From assembly GCA_039818205.1 (NCBI GenBank), contig JBCBUK010000025.1, forward strand, positions 1 through 13,662: DNA of 13,662 bases. The letters run 5' to 3'. This document shows, piece by piece, positions 1 through 8,401 of this stretch. The notes below the pieces were generated by a model that was given only the letters and a program-made list of their open reading frames with translations, was not told the origin of the DNA and did no database searches. The translations under genes were made by a program, and so were the position numbers. The stretch comes from Verrucomicrobiota bacterium. Its GTDB lineage: Bacteria; Verrucomicrobiota; Verrucomicrobiia; Opitutales; Cerasicoccaceae. Every line of letters starts with the position of its first letter. The first letter of the stretch is position 1.

Positions 1-99
1 TTGCCAGGAGGCGTCTCCGCCTCTAAACCGCTAAAAGCTACGCACAACAAAGCGATCAGAAAAAACCTGCTAATTCTGATTAGGTTAGAAAAACTTAAA

Positions 100-372
100 C
101 TATTCATAGATCCGCCCCTCAAGATAAGCAGTGATTTTAGACTTCAATCGATCTAAACTTAGATCAGATAACCTCGGCTTCGCGGATTCTGAATGCGATT
201 CAAAGTAACGATATTCAGCACCGGAGCCAATAGCGATCCAGCCCGCATTTCTTACGCTACTCCGTTTCCTCAATTTCTTGAAAAATCCGCAGGAAGGAAA
301 AACATCCAGCGCCACAACAACTTTTATGTACCTACCAAGGGACAATGATGAGGCGTGTTCGAATTTGATCAT
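100..372 (-). CDS. Hypothetical protein (90 aa), possibly a remnant
   Basis: ATG-started ORF in an AT-rich region with no competing longer ORF; no recognisable motif. Confidence 0.35.
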   Translation of the reverse strand: MIKFEHASSLSLGRYIKVVVALDVFPSCGFFKKLRKRSSVRNAGWIAIGSGAEYRYFESHSESAKPRLSDLSLDRLKSKITAYLEGRIYE

Positions 373-454
373 TTCACAATATAATTATGCATCCTAATGT
401 GGATGCGCCGGTCATTGTGTTAAAACAGCAAATTAGAACAATGACTTGTGAAAT
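371..454. repeat. Nested inverted-repeat element
   Basis: ATTTCACAA (371-379)/TTGTGAAAT (446-454) encloses GCATCC/GGATGC (389-406) and GTCATTGT/ACAATGAC (411-445). Confidence 0.6.
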
Positions 455-538
455 CTAATCGACTAAGAGTAGGCCCTTCGTATTTGATGAAGACCTCTTT
501 GACTATTATTTATTCAAAATAAGCTACCTTGTCGAAGC

Positions 539-565
539 AATTATCAGCGTAGGGTGCTGATAATT
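539..565. repeat. Perfect 10-bp inverted repeat
   Basis: AATTATCAGC-gtagggt-GCTGATAATT read directly. Confidence 0.6.
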
Positions 566-924
566 CTGAAGCAGCTAAATCTGAAAAACATTTCTGAATA
601 CATAAATAGACCGACCGAAACTCCTGAGGTTCCAGTCTGAAGACCATTCATGAAAATGACGGTTCCGCTACTTAGCGGGAATTTTTCGCGATAACGCCCT
701 CTGAACCCCTGAGGGAAGCGCCAGCAAACATAGAATAATATCCCAGACATGAGTTGTCCGAAATCCCCTCCCGTTCAGCTAGTTGCGTAATCCTAGGCCG
801 CAGGCCTAGTTTGGCGCGCGACCCTGCAATCAACCTAAACCAAACGTACGGGAACATACCGAACTTATTGATCTTCAACCTATCCAATACCTTACGATAC
901 TTTTGAGAAATGACACAGTAGCGA

Positions 925-982
925 AAAGATATACGCGTCCGACGCGTCGAAACAAGATCCGGGTCAATTCTCCAATCTTGCC
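925..982 (-). terminator. Possible intrinsic terminator of the sulfatase gene
   Basis: Downstream of the stop: an imperfect CGGGCAA..TTGACCCG stem, then ACGCGT-cgg-ACGCGT followed by ATATCTTTT on the minus strand. Confidence 0.3.
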
Positions 983-984
983 CG

Positions 985-3921
985 CTACCTCGCCTGACCG
1001 TTGATGCGATAGAAGCGTTGGCCATTAATCGGATCAACCGGGATACTCACCGACTGGTTCGCCGACTCTACTTCGTAGTATCCGGGCAGAAAGCGCCAAG
1101 AGCTGGGCTTGAGGTTCTCACTTTCCTCAACCGTATAGAGTAGCGACAACCCCGTGTATCCCGAAGGAAGTGGCTGCACATACTCGAGAGTCGTTGAGCC
1201 ACCCGCCGTCTGGATGACAAGGCTGGTTGGCCGATCGGCAACCGTCGGATTTCCACCCAGATTAAATTCTTCTTGATTAGTGCGGCCGTCAAAATCCGGA
1301 TCACAGGTTGCACAGGAAATACCCGGTATGATCGAAGAACCATCGCCACCAAAATAGGCCGCCCGCCAGGCGTTTGTGATCCCATCGCCAACGTTGTCCG
1401 CTGGCTGCACGACGACCGTCACATCAAAGGATTGAGACGCAACGAGGTCAAACGACTGCACTGTGATTGTGGTAGAGCCCGTTCCAACGGCGGTGATCAC
1501 GCCTTCCTTATCCACCGTTGCCACACCTGGGCTGCTCGAACGCCACTTCAATCCGTTACGGCTGGAGTCTGCGGGCAACACGGTAGCTTTTGCCTGGTAA
1601 ACATCGCCAGTCTTCAGTTGCAGATTCCCCTGCCCCAGCGAAATCGAGGATACCTCTTGATAGGCTCTCGTTGCGAGCTCCTGAGCAAAGTAGTCGTGAA
1701 TCGTTTGTTGCTCACCCGTGAGGTTGTTTAAATTCAGCGGACTCTCCTCGAGAACATCGTTCTGCAGATCAAAAAATTGACCGGTATCATACAGTTTGTA
1801 GTCCGCATCGAAAACATAGACATCAAGGTCGTTCTCACTGAAATGACCTACGTGAGGTGCACCGTTGTTATTCGGAGGATTCGATCCGAGGTCGGAACCA
1901 AAAAGGGATGAATACTGAAACAGGTAGGGCCGCGGGTTGCCTACGTTACCAAGCGCCTGCGGGTAAAAGCTGCGACCGTCAATTTGCACCTGCTCCGAGA
2001 TCGATGCATCAGCAATGTCGCAAACCGTTGGATAGATATCTCGCAGCAAAATCAAGTCGTCACAAATCAAGGGCGCATTGCCCGGACCACTGGGCACTGT
2101 GCCTGGTTGATTCACGAGTAGCGGAACGTGAATACCGTCGGCACTATCATGTCCCTTGCCTCCAGGAAAAATGGAACCATCGCCCAAGCGGCTACTATAT
2201 CGAACCCGGGTTCCATTATCAGCGGAAAAAATAATGATCGTGTCTTCCCGAATCCCGAGGTCATCCAGCTTATCAATCAACTGGCCGACCATCTTATCCA
2301 TATAGGCTACCATATCTGGGTAGTAGCGATTGTCGTTCATGTCTTCACTGGAGGAGGTCGGCGCATCTTGGTAGGCCGTTCCAGCAGAATCGGGAGTCGG
2401 TACAATCGGCGTATGCACGAGCACCATTGAGTAATAGAGAAAGAACGGTCCATCCTGATGACGCTCTATAAAATCAAGTGCGTAATCGTTGATGAGATCC
2501 GGACCATATTCTCCGCTATTGTAGAACGTAGTCACACCGTTCTCGACCAGCCGAGGATTTTTAAAACGACTAGCGACACCGCCGTAGTCAAACGCACAGT
2601 ATTCATCGAATCCGAAACGGTTTAAGGTATCGACTGCTGGATTCGTGCTCGGGCTCCCGCCCTGCTTCCACTTTCCGCTGAGGCACGTGGCGTAGCCAGC
2701 ATCCTGAAGCACGTTCGCAAAGGTGACCGTTGACTCCGAGAGATCACGGTGCCCGGTAAAGTTACGAATGTTACTGACGCCACTCATCAGCGCGACACGC
2801 GTTGGCTCACAAACCGGCAAGGTGTAGCAATGGTTAAAGAGCATTCCTGTCTCAGCGAGGCTATCGATTCGCGGTGTCGAGAATGGCGTCTCAGGGAAAT
2901 CGTTCGAAACATCCAGGAGAGCCGTCGCGCCATAAATGCTCAAGCCAACGTGGCTCAGGTCGTCAGCCATAATGTAGATGATGTTTGGCCGCTCAGCGGC
3001 TTGTTTTCGCACCGTAGTAAACGACCATACCTCGCCAGCCAACGTAGTGCCTCCCGAATATACCGAATCCACCCGCCAGTAATAGGTTTGTCCATACGCC
3101 AGCCCATGCGGATTGAAGGTTGGCAAAGTTACGCTTCCTTTAGACGCAACTGGGTCACCGTTCACGACCGCATCCTGGTCCACGCTTAGATATACGTTAT
3201 ATTCATCCGGCGGCGCAGTCGACCCCCAGACCAACTGGCAATCGAAGGGCACTAATTCCTTGCCATTTGAAGGCATTGGTGAGCTTGCCACTGTTTCGGT
3301 GGGAACGACCTCAATGGTTTCGAAGCGAAGGTTGTCTACGTAGAAGGTCGTGCTCGACCCCGAGCGCTGGTCGATAAACAAAAACGGCCGTGCCGCATTG
3401 GGGTTGAACGAGGATGTCAGGAAATCAGCAATCGTTCCTGAATAAGAAATCGTGTACTCACCGGCTACCGTTCCTGCCGGCAACACGGAGCTGGTCAGCG
3501 TGTTCCCATTGCCTCCCGTGCCATTTAGAGTCAGTCGCGGTTGGAATTCGCCGATGTCGCGCGCCAAGGTTGTCTCGAAGTAAAAGTCGACCGCAAAGAT
3601 GTACTCCTCACTCGGCGAGATCGACGGGATGTTAAAAGAACCACCCGGAGCATGGGCCATTGCTGCAAAATCATTGTTTCCAAGATCGACCACCTTCAGG
3701 ACATTCCCCGAGGCTTTCGTAAACCCAGGGACGCTCGATGCAGCTACGATCTCGGTGGTCACGCTATTGCGCCCACCGACTTGAGTGCTGCCGATATTCG
3801 AGTTAGTGCCCGCCGTCGTTCCAACAGTCTCCAAATCAAAGTCCTCCACCCAGATTTCGGTGGCTTGAACCAAAGGAACACTCGCGAACAACGCGGAAAT
3901 AAAAACAGAAACAATTTTCAT
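985..3921 (-). CDS. Secreted multidomain formylglycine-dependent (S1) sulfatase: signal peptide, CBM-like beta-sandwich, FN3-like segment, sulfatase domain, Ig-like Big_2 domain, C-terminal module
   Basis: Sulfatase motifs [16 protein letters not shown] (CxPxR, 2797-2811), [42 protein letters not shown]. Big_2-like [33 protein letters not shown] at 3921 gives a clean signal peptide ([20 protein letters not shown]), preferred over TTG at 3966. Confidence 0.93.
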   Translation of the reverse strand: MKIVSVFISALFASVPLVQATEIWVEDFDLETVGTTAGTNSNIGSTQVGGRNSVTTEIVAASSVPGFTKASGNVLKVVDLGNNDFAAMAHAPGGSFNIPSISPSEEYIFAVDFYFETTLARDIGEFQPRLTLNGTGGNGNTLTSSVLPAGTVAGEYTISYSGTIADFLTSSFNPNAARPFLFIDQRSGSSTTFYVDNLRFETIEVVPTETVASSPMPSNGKELVPFDCQLVWGSTAPPDEYNVYLSVDQDAVVNGDPVASKGSVTLPTFNPHGLAYGQTYYWRVDSVYSGGTTLAGEVWSFTTVRKQAAERPNIIYIMADDLSHVGLSIYGATALLDVSNDFPETPFSTPRIDSLAETGMLFNHCYTLPVCEPTRVALMSGVSNIRNFTGHRDLSESTVTFANVLQDAGYATCLSGKWKQGGSPSTNPAVDTLNRFGFDEYCAFDYGGVASRFKNPRLVENGVTTFYNSGEYGPDLINDYALDFIERHQDGPFFLYYSMVLVHTPIVPTPDSAGTAYQDAPTSSSEDMNDNRYYPDMVAYMDKMVGQLIDKLDDLGIREDTIIIFSADNGTRVRYSSRLGDGSIFPGGKGHDSADGIHVPLLVNQPGTVPSGPGNAPLICDDLILLRDIYPTVCDIADASISEQVQIDGRSFYPQALGNVGNPRPYLFQYSSLFGSDLGSNPPNNNGAPHVGHFSENDLDVYVFDADYKLYDTGQFFDLQNDVLEESPLNLNNLTGEQQTIHDYFAQELATRAYQEVSSISLGQGNLQLKTGDVYQAKATVLPADSSRNGLKWRSSSPGVATVDKEGVITAVGTGSTTITVQSFDLVASQSFDVTVVVQPADNVGDGITNAWRAAYFGGDGSSIIPGISCATCDPDFDGRTNQEEFNLGGNPTVADRPTSLVIQTAGGSTTLEYVQPLPSGYTGLSLLYTVEESENLKPSSWRFLPGYYEVESANQSVSIPVDPINGQRFYRINGQAR

Positions 3922-4344
3922 TTGAGATAGAATTTTTGGGAGGCTAGTTGGCAGCCCTGAGCGCAACGAAACTTACCAATGCCCGAACCAGCTTGTCGCA
4001 GCAGTGGGCTTCGCAACAAGCGAGACGCTACTGATTAAGTCATCGGGCAGTCGGTAAAAACACGTAGGGGTTGCTCTGCCGAAGAGATCCTTGAGTGCCA
4101 TCATAAGCCCGGGAGATTGACCAACTGGCGACACTTCGCCGAACAAAAGTTTGTTAACGAATCCATTCAACATTACCCCTACTATGCTAACCTTTTGGCG
4201 GAAAAATCTATAGGGTGATTTCTGAATACTAATGCAAGCTACGCGCAAGATCGCCGAGATTTTCTGATAGTAAATCGATCTCTGACAATCGCTTAGTCCT
4301 TCATTTGCATCGACAAGACAAGCACCACATCACTACAACACGGT

Positions 4345-5511
4345 ATGAAAATCACGGCGGTCAAAGCCTATCCAGTTTGGGTTGGGTTTCGTAACCAATT
4401 ATTGGTTAAGGTAGAAACGGACCAGGGATTTCATGGCTGGGGTGAGTCTGGCCTGAGCTCGCGCGAACTCGCGGTGGCCGGTGCCGTGGAGCACTACCGA
4501 GAGTTTTTGCTCGGCAAAGATGCCCGCCAAGTCAGTGCCCTCTGGCAAGAAATGTATCGTAGCCAGTATTTTGAAGGCGGACGCGTGCTCACCGCCGCCA
4601 TTGCCGCCATCGACATTGCCCTTTACGACCTAGTAGCGAAGTCGATGGGCGTTCCCGTCTATCAACTTCTCGGTGGCAAACATCGTGACTTCGTTCCCTG
4701 CTTCGCCTCGATCCCACAAGACACTCCGGGCGAAGACATGGTAAAGGCCGCACAGCTGCTGATGGATTCCGGTTGGCATTCGTTCCGGTTCAATCCGGCC
4801 AATCCAACCGCCATGAATGGCCAAGATGGTCGCCATGAGCCCTACGAAGCAACCGCCTACGCCGCGGATTGGCTGATCGAGGTACGCAAAGCAGTCGGCA
4901 GCAAAGCCGTGATCGGCTACGACTTTCACCACCGCTTATCCGTTGCCGAGGCCGCGTCATTTCTCCAACGCATGCCGAACGGCACGCTCGACTATGTTGA
5001 GGAGCCGATTCGCGCGGAGTCGCCCGAAGCCTACGAAGCGTTGCGACGCATGACGCCAGTTCCCTTTGCCATTGGCGAAGAATTCTCCAGCAAGTGGGCA
5101 TTCAAACCCTATCTTGAACGCAACATCACCCAATATGCCCGTATCGACGTCGCCAACGTGGGCGGCTTAACCGAGGCCGTTAAAGTTGCCGCGATGGCCG
5201 AGGCGAACTACATCGACGTTATGCCTCACAATCCGCTTGGTCCAGTTTGCACGGCCGCTTCGGTTCACCTTGCGGCCGCAGTTCCCAATTTCAGCTGGCT
5301 GGAGAGTCGGCAATCTCCCACTGAAGACCTCCAGACAAACGACAAATCTATTTGCCCCAATCCTCTTGAACTCGATGGGAACCGCATCCCCGTTCCGGAA
5401 ACTCCCGGGCTGGGTATCGATATAAACGAAGCCGCACTCGAGGGGCGCGACTTCCGCCACTTCGAATCCCCACATCTGCGGCGCCTCGACGGCTCCTTCA
5501 CTAACTGGTAA
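4345..5511 (+). CDS. Mandelate racemase/muconate-lactonizing (enolase superfamily) acid-sugar dehydratase, DgoD/ManD-like
   Basis: VKVETDQGFHGWGE, AAIDIALYDL..K..GVPVYQLLGG, metal ligands in DFHHR / EEP / GEE, and HNPLGP. Confidence 0.92.
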   Translation: MKITAVKAYPVWVGFRNQLLVKVETDQGFHGWGESGLSSRELAVAGAVEHYREFLLGKDARQVSALWQEMYRSQYFEGGRVLTAAIAAIDIALYDLVAKSMGVPVYQLLGGKHRDFVPCFASIPQDTPGEDMVKAAQLLMDSGWHSFRFNPANPTAMNGQDGRHEPYEATAYAADWLIEVRKAVGSKAVIGYDFHHRLSVAEAASFLQRMPNGTLDYVEEPIRAESPEAYEALRRMTPVPFAIGEEFSSKWAFKPYLERNITQYARIDVANVGGLTEAVKVAAMAEANYIDVMPHNPLGPVCTAASVHLAAAVPNFSWLESRQSPTEDLQTNDKSICPNPLELDGNRIPVPETPGLGIDINEAALEGRDFRHFESPHLRRLDGSFTNW

Positions 5512-5515
5512 ACCC

Positions 5516-6157
5516 ATGCCTACTCCAAGCGAAACGACTTTAAGTCGCATCAAGTCCTGTGGCATCATCGCCATTATTCGAGGTGACTATTCGGTCGACG
5601 AACTCCTGGTCATGTGCCGTGCGCTATTCACCGGAGGCGTTCCTGTGTTTGAGATAACCTTGAACAGCACCCATGTTGAAGCGGCGATACCCGTTATCCG
5701 GAAGGCCCTTCCCGATGCAACGGTAGGCGCCGGAACCGTCCGGACCGAGGAACAAGTCGATCTAGCCAACAAAATTGGAGCCCAATTCCTGGTATCCCCC
5801 AATTTTGATGCCGCCTCCGTTTCTCTCTCGCGATCGCTGGATCTTTTACACCTACCCGGCGTGCTGACACCCACTGAGGCCGAAACGGCATTCCGGGCGG
5901 GATGCCCGGCCGTCAAAGTGTTTCCGGCCGACGAGTTGGGACCAGACTACATTCGCGCCCTTCGCGCCCCACTCGACGATATCGGATTTGTCCCCACCGG
6001 CGGCGTCGATTTGTTTAACTTAGCCACGTATCGCCAAGCAGGGGCCTTAGCCGTTGGCGCCGGAAGCAAGCTCGTGGCCGGGCGCCAACAGTCTCCTTCT
6101 CAGCTCCAGACGCTTGCCCAACAATGGCGCAAGACCTGGGATAATGCTCTCGGCTAG
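5516..6157 (+). CDS. KDPG/KHG (Eda/DgoA-family) class I aldolase
   Basis: IAIIRG, EITL, GAGTV, VSP, PGVLTPTE, Schiff-base KVFPA and PTGGV; 4 bp after the dehydratase. Confidence 0.92.
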   Translation: MPTPSETTLSRIKSCGIIAIIRGDYSVDELLVMCRALFTGGVPVFEITLNSTHVEAAIPVIRKALPDATVGAGTVRTEEQVDLANKIGAQFLVSPNFDAASVSLSRSLDLLHLPGVLTPTEAETAFRAGCPAVKVFPADELGPDYIRALRAPLDDIGFVPTGGVDLFNLATYRQAGALAVGAGSKLVAGRQQSPSQLQTLAQQWRKTWDNALG

Positions 6158-6259
6158 CCGACCCGCCACCAACACCTGAAAATTGATTCGTGATCCAGTT
6201 TTCCGGAAGAACGCATTCGGAGGTATTTGGGGGGTTGGATTGCGTAAATATCACATCCA

Positions 6260-6299
6260 GAGCGATAAATGGAATTGCCATATCGCAGTCTTATCGCTC
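6260..6299. promoter_or_regulatory. Inverted/direct repeat upstream of the BLUF gene
   Basis: GAGCGATAA (6260-6268)/TTATCGCTC (6291-6299) is a perfect 9-bp inverted repeat, with an extra TATCGC at 6281-6286. Confidence 0.4.
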
Positions 6300-6311
6300 C
6301 AGTTTTACTCG

Positions 6312-6725
6312 ATGAGTAAACTGATATCCCTTGCCTACAAGAGCGAAGCTCAGAATGAAATTCGCGAAGAGACTCTGATTGATATCCTCCGAGTCGCGCG
6401 AGAATACAATCCGAGTGTCGGGATTACCGGTATGCTGCTTTACGGAGAAGGAAAGTTTTTCCAAACCCTGGAAGGGGATGCCGACGCAGTGCACTCGCTC
6501 TTCAATGATAAAATCTGCAAGGATGAGCGGCATCACGGCGTCGTCGTTCTCGCAGAAAAGGAAATTGAAGAACGCGAATTTCCGACTTGGGCAATGGGCT
6601 TCCAATGGACCAATGGACTGCAAGAAGAGGAGTTCGCGATGCTCAACGCCGGCTCAAATGCACACCAAATCATCGGACGCATCAAAGAGCACATGGCGGA
6701 AAACAATGTCGATATGCCGCTCTAG
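6312..6725 (+). CDS. Stand-alone BLUF-domain blue-light photoreceptor
   Basis: LAYKS (Tyr), IL..AR..N...GITGMLLY, FFQTLEG (Gln), I.KDERH, REFPTWAM (Trp/Met). The domain begins at ATG 6312, so the upstream TTG extension from 6183 is unlikely. Confidence 0.93.
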   Translation: MSKLISLAYKSEAQNEIREETLIDILRVAREYNPSVGITGMLLYGEGKFFQTLEGDADAVHSLFNDKICKDERHHGVVVLAEKEIEEREFPTWAMGFQWTNGLQEEEFAMLNAGSNAHQIIGRIKEHMAENNVDMPL

Positions 6726-6781
6726 GGGATCCCAGGGTTAAATGAGATCCGAATATCAGGAAGGACTCAAATTGGAGACCG

Positions 6782-6949
6782 TTACCGAAGCTTTTCCAGG
6801 AATAGTCGAAGGTCTCGAATCTTGATTGTAGCGTCCAATAGGTTACCCATTCGGACGAGTACTTCGACTTCAGAAACTTCGCGTTTGACCGTTCTAAGCT
6901 CGCGGTAGAGGCGGTCTAGGTTCGATTCAGAAGGTTGAACTAAGGGCAT
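6782..6949 (-). CDS. Small hypothetical helical protein (55 aa), absent from the ORF track
   Basis: Hand translation: MPLVQPSESNLDRLYRELRTVKREVSEVEVLVRMGNLLDATIKIRDLRLFLEKLR*. Fills the gap between genes and has a near-consensus promoter just upstream. Confidence 0.6.
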   Translation of the reverse strand: MPLVQPSESNLDRLYRELRTVKREVSEVEVLVRMGNLLDATIKIRDLRLFLEKLR

Positions 6950-6976
6950 TGGGCAGATGCAAATAATACAACATCA

Positions 6977-7005
6977 CTTATAAATTGTTGATGCGCCGCT
7001 GTCAA
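6977..7005 (-). promoter_or_regulatory. Sigma70-type promoter for the 55-aa ORF
   Basis: TTGACA (7005-7000), 17-nt spacer, TATAAG (6982-6977); ATG follows 27 nt after the -10. Confidence 0.65.
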
Positions 7006-7025
7006 CCAAGTCGCAAAAGTATCGT

Positions 7026-7082
7026 AAAAAAATTTCGCGATGGACTAACAATTTATTCTGCCCGACCCGTTAGCGTGAAATT
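7026..7082 (-). terminator. Possible terminator after the COG0523 gene
   Basis: Minus strand: AATTTCACG-CTAAC...GTTAG-tccat-CGCGAAATT running into a T7 tract. The stem is imperfect and the loop large. Confidence 0.3.
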
Positions 7083-7096
7083 AAGTTCAGCGGCGC

Positions 7097-8371
7097 TTAC
7101 TCAACGAAACAGGCAACCAGTTCTCTAGAGATCGCATCGCGGTCCAAGTCGATTCCGATAAAAACTAGCTCTTGGCGACGATCCCCAGCAACGGGCAGCC
7201 AGCTGCGTTTCACCAAGTCGGGCATGTCTTCCACGTAAGCCTGACCCCGCTGAACTTTGGTATGCCACCATTCAGATATGTAATCGGCCCGGAGCATCTT
7301 GCCCGCGATGGAGAGAACGCCTACCCGCTCCGCTTGGGCATCCGTCCAGTAGAATCCTTTTGCCCGGAGAACCCCCGGTAGTCGACTACGGAATACGTTC
7401 AAGAGCTTCGATTCGTTGAATGGGCGGCGAGCATTGAAAACAAATGTCTCCAAGCCATAGTCTTTGTGGTCGTGATCAAGATGCGAATCTTCGCCATGAT
7501 CGTGATGATGATCGTGCCCACATGTGTGCCTTTCTTCCTTAGCCGGGTGGTGGACCTCGCGCCATCCGGATTGACGACCTTCGTCATTGGTCAAAATAGC
7601 CCGGCGCCATCCCGCGCTTCCAATCGTTTTCTCCTCATTAAAACGGAAGTCCTGCATGAGCCGGGCGACATCCAACTGCCCCATCGTGCAAGCCAACTGC
7701 TCGGCTTCGGGGTTGAGAGTCTTTAAATAGGCTCTGAATCGGTCAGCGGCCCCGTCGTCCAAACAATCTCGCTTGTTGATTACGAGGAGATCCGCACACT
7801 CAATTTGCTCCATCAACAATTCCTGCAAGGGACGCCGACGGTCGGCTTGCAAGAGGTGTGCTCGCCGCGCCTTTCCCGTGTTCTCAGGACTCTCAAAATA
7901 TTGCTCCAAGTTCCCGCCATCAAGGACGCTGATCATGTTGGCAACTCGAAGAAAATCCGTGCCGCTGAAACCATGGAGATTCCGAGCATAAATGGTTTCC
8001 AGAATGGATTTTGGTTCGGCCACTCCAGTCGCCTCGACTAAGATATGCTCAGGCTTGAATCGTTGCCAGAGTTCCAGAAGCGCATCCAACAAATCGTCTT
8101 GGATCGTGCAGCAGATGCACCCACCCTGCAATTCAAGCAACCCGCCAATCGGTCCATCGATTTCAACCAGCTTATTGCGGATGAGCGAAGCATCGACGTT
8201 CACCTCGCCTAAGTCGTTGACGACGACCGCAATTCGCTGAGAGCCAGCGTAGGACAGGATATGGTTCAGCAACGTGGTTTTCCCGGCACCAAGAAAACCG
8301 CTCAATACAGTGATTGGGGTGCGCTCTGACTCTTCGAGAACGCCATCTGGTTGCCAATTTAGGAATGACAT
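7097..8371 (-). CDS. COG0523/CobW-family G3E GTPase, putative zinc metallochaperone (ZigA/YciC-like)
   Basis: Walker A GFLGAGKTT, GCICC metal motif, EATG, NKRD, His-rich HTCGHDHHHDHGEDSHLDHDH, and CobW_C motifs LRAKG and GDRRQELVFIG. Confidence 0.95.
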   Translation of the reverse strand: MSFLNWQPDGVLEESERTPITVLSGFLGAGKTTLLNHILSYAGSQRIAVVVNDLGEVNVDASLIRNKLVEIDGPIGGLLELQGGCICCTIQDDLLDALLELWQRFKPEHILVEATGVAEPKSILETIYARNLHGFSGTDFLRVANMISVLDGGNLEQYFESPENTGKARRAHLLQADRRRPLQELLMEQIECADLLVINKRDCLDDGAADRFRAYLKTLNPEAEQLACTMGQLDVARLMQDFRFNEEKTIGSAGWRRAILTNDEGRQSGWREVHHPAKEERHTCGHDHHHDHGEDSHLDHDHKDYGLETFVFNARRPFNESKLLNVFRSRLPGVLRAKGFYWTDAQAERVGVLSIAGKMLRADYISEWWHTKVQRGQAYVEDMPDLVKRSWLPVAGDRRQELVFIGIDLDRDAISRELVACFVE

Positions 8372-8401
8372 AATTTTCTAATCGTCGGTTAAATTCAGCG
8401 T

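Noticed and set aside
544..1037. ORFs 544-750 and 672-1037 as genes
   Set aside because: They overlap each other and the sulfatase 3' end or terminator, run through hairpins, and show no recognisable motifs.
3973..4248. 91-aa ORF in the divergent intergenic region
   Set aside because: Non-ATG start and no motif; it occupies the expected promoter region.
4232..4249. Sigma54-like site CTTGCGCGTAGCTTGCA (minus strand)
   Set aside because: Lacks the invariant GG at -24.
4217..4285. Three GAT(T/C)TCTGA-like repeats in the divergent region
   Set aside because: Short and irregularly spaced (42 and 18 bp); not distinguishable from chance.
6183..6311. N-terminal extension of the BLUF ORF
   Set aside because: TTG start and non-domain sequence; the BLUF fold begins at ATG 6312.
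7043..7075. GACTAAC...GTTAGCG as an attC site
   Set aside because: Only 33 bp, with no room for L boxes.
7465..7530. GATCGTGATGATG-type repeats as a DNA repeat array
   Set aside because: Explained by the His/Asp-rich coding tract of the COG0523 protein.
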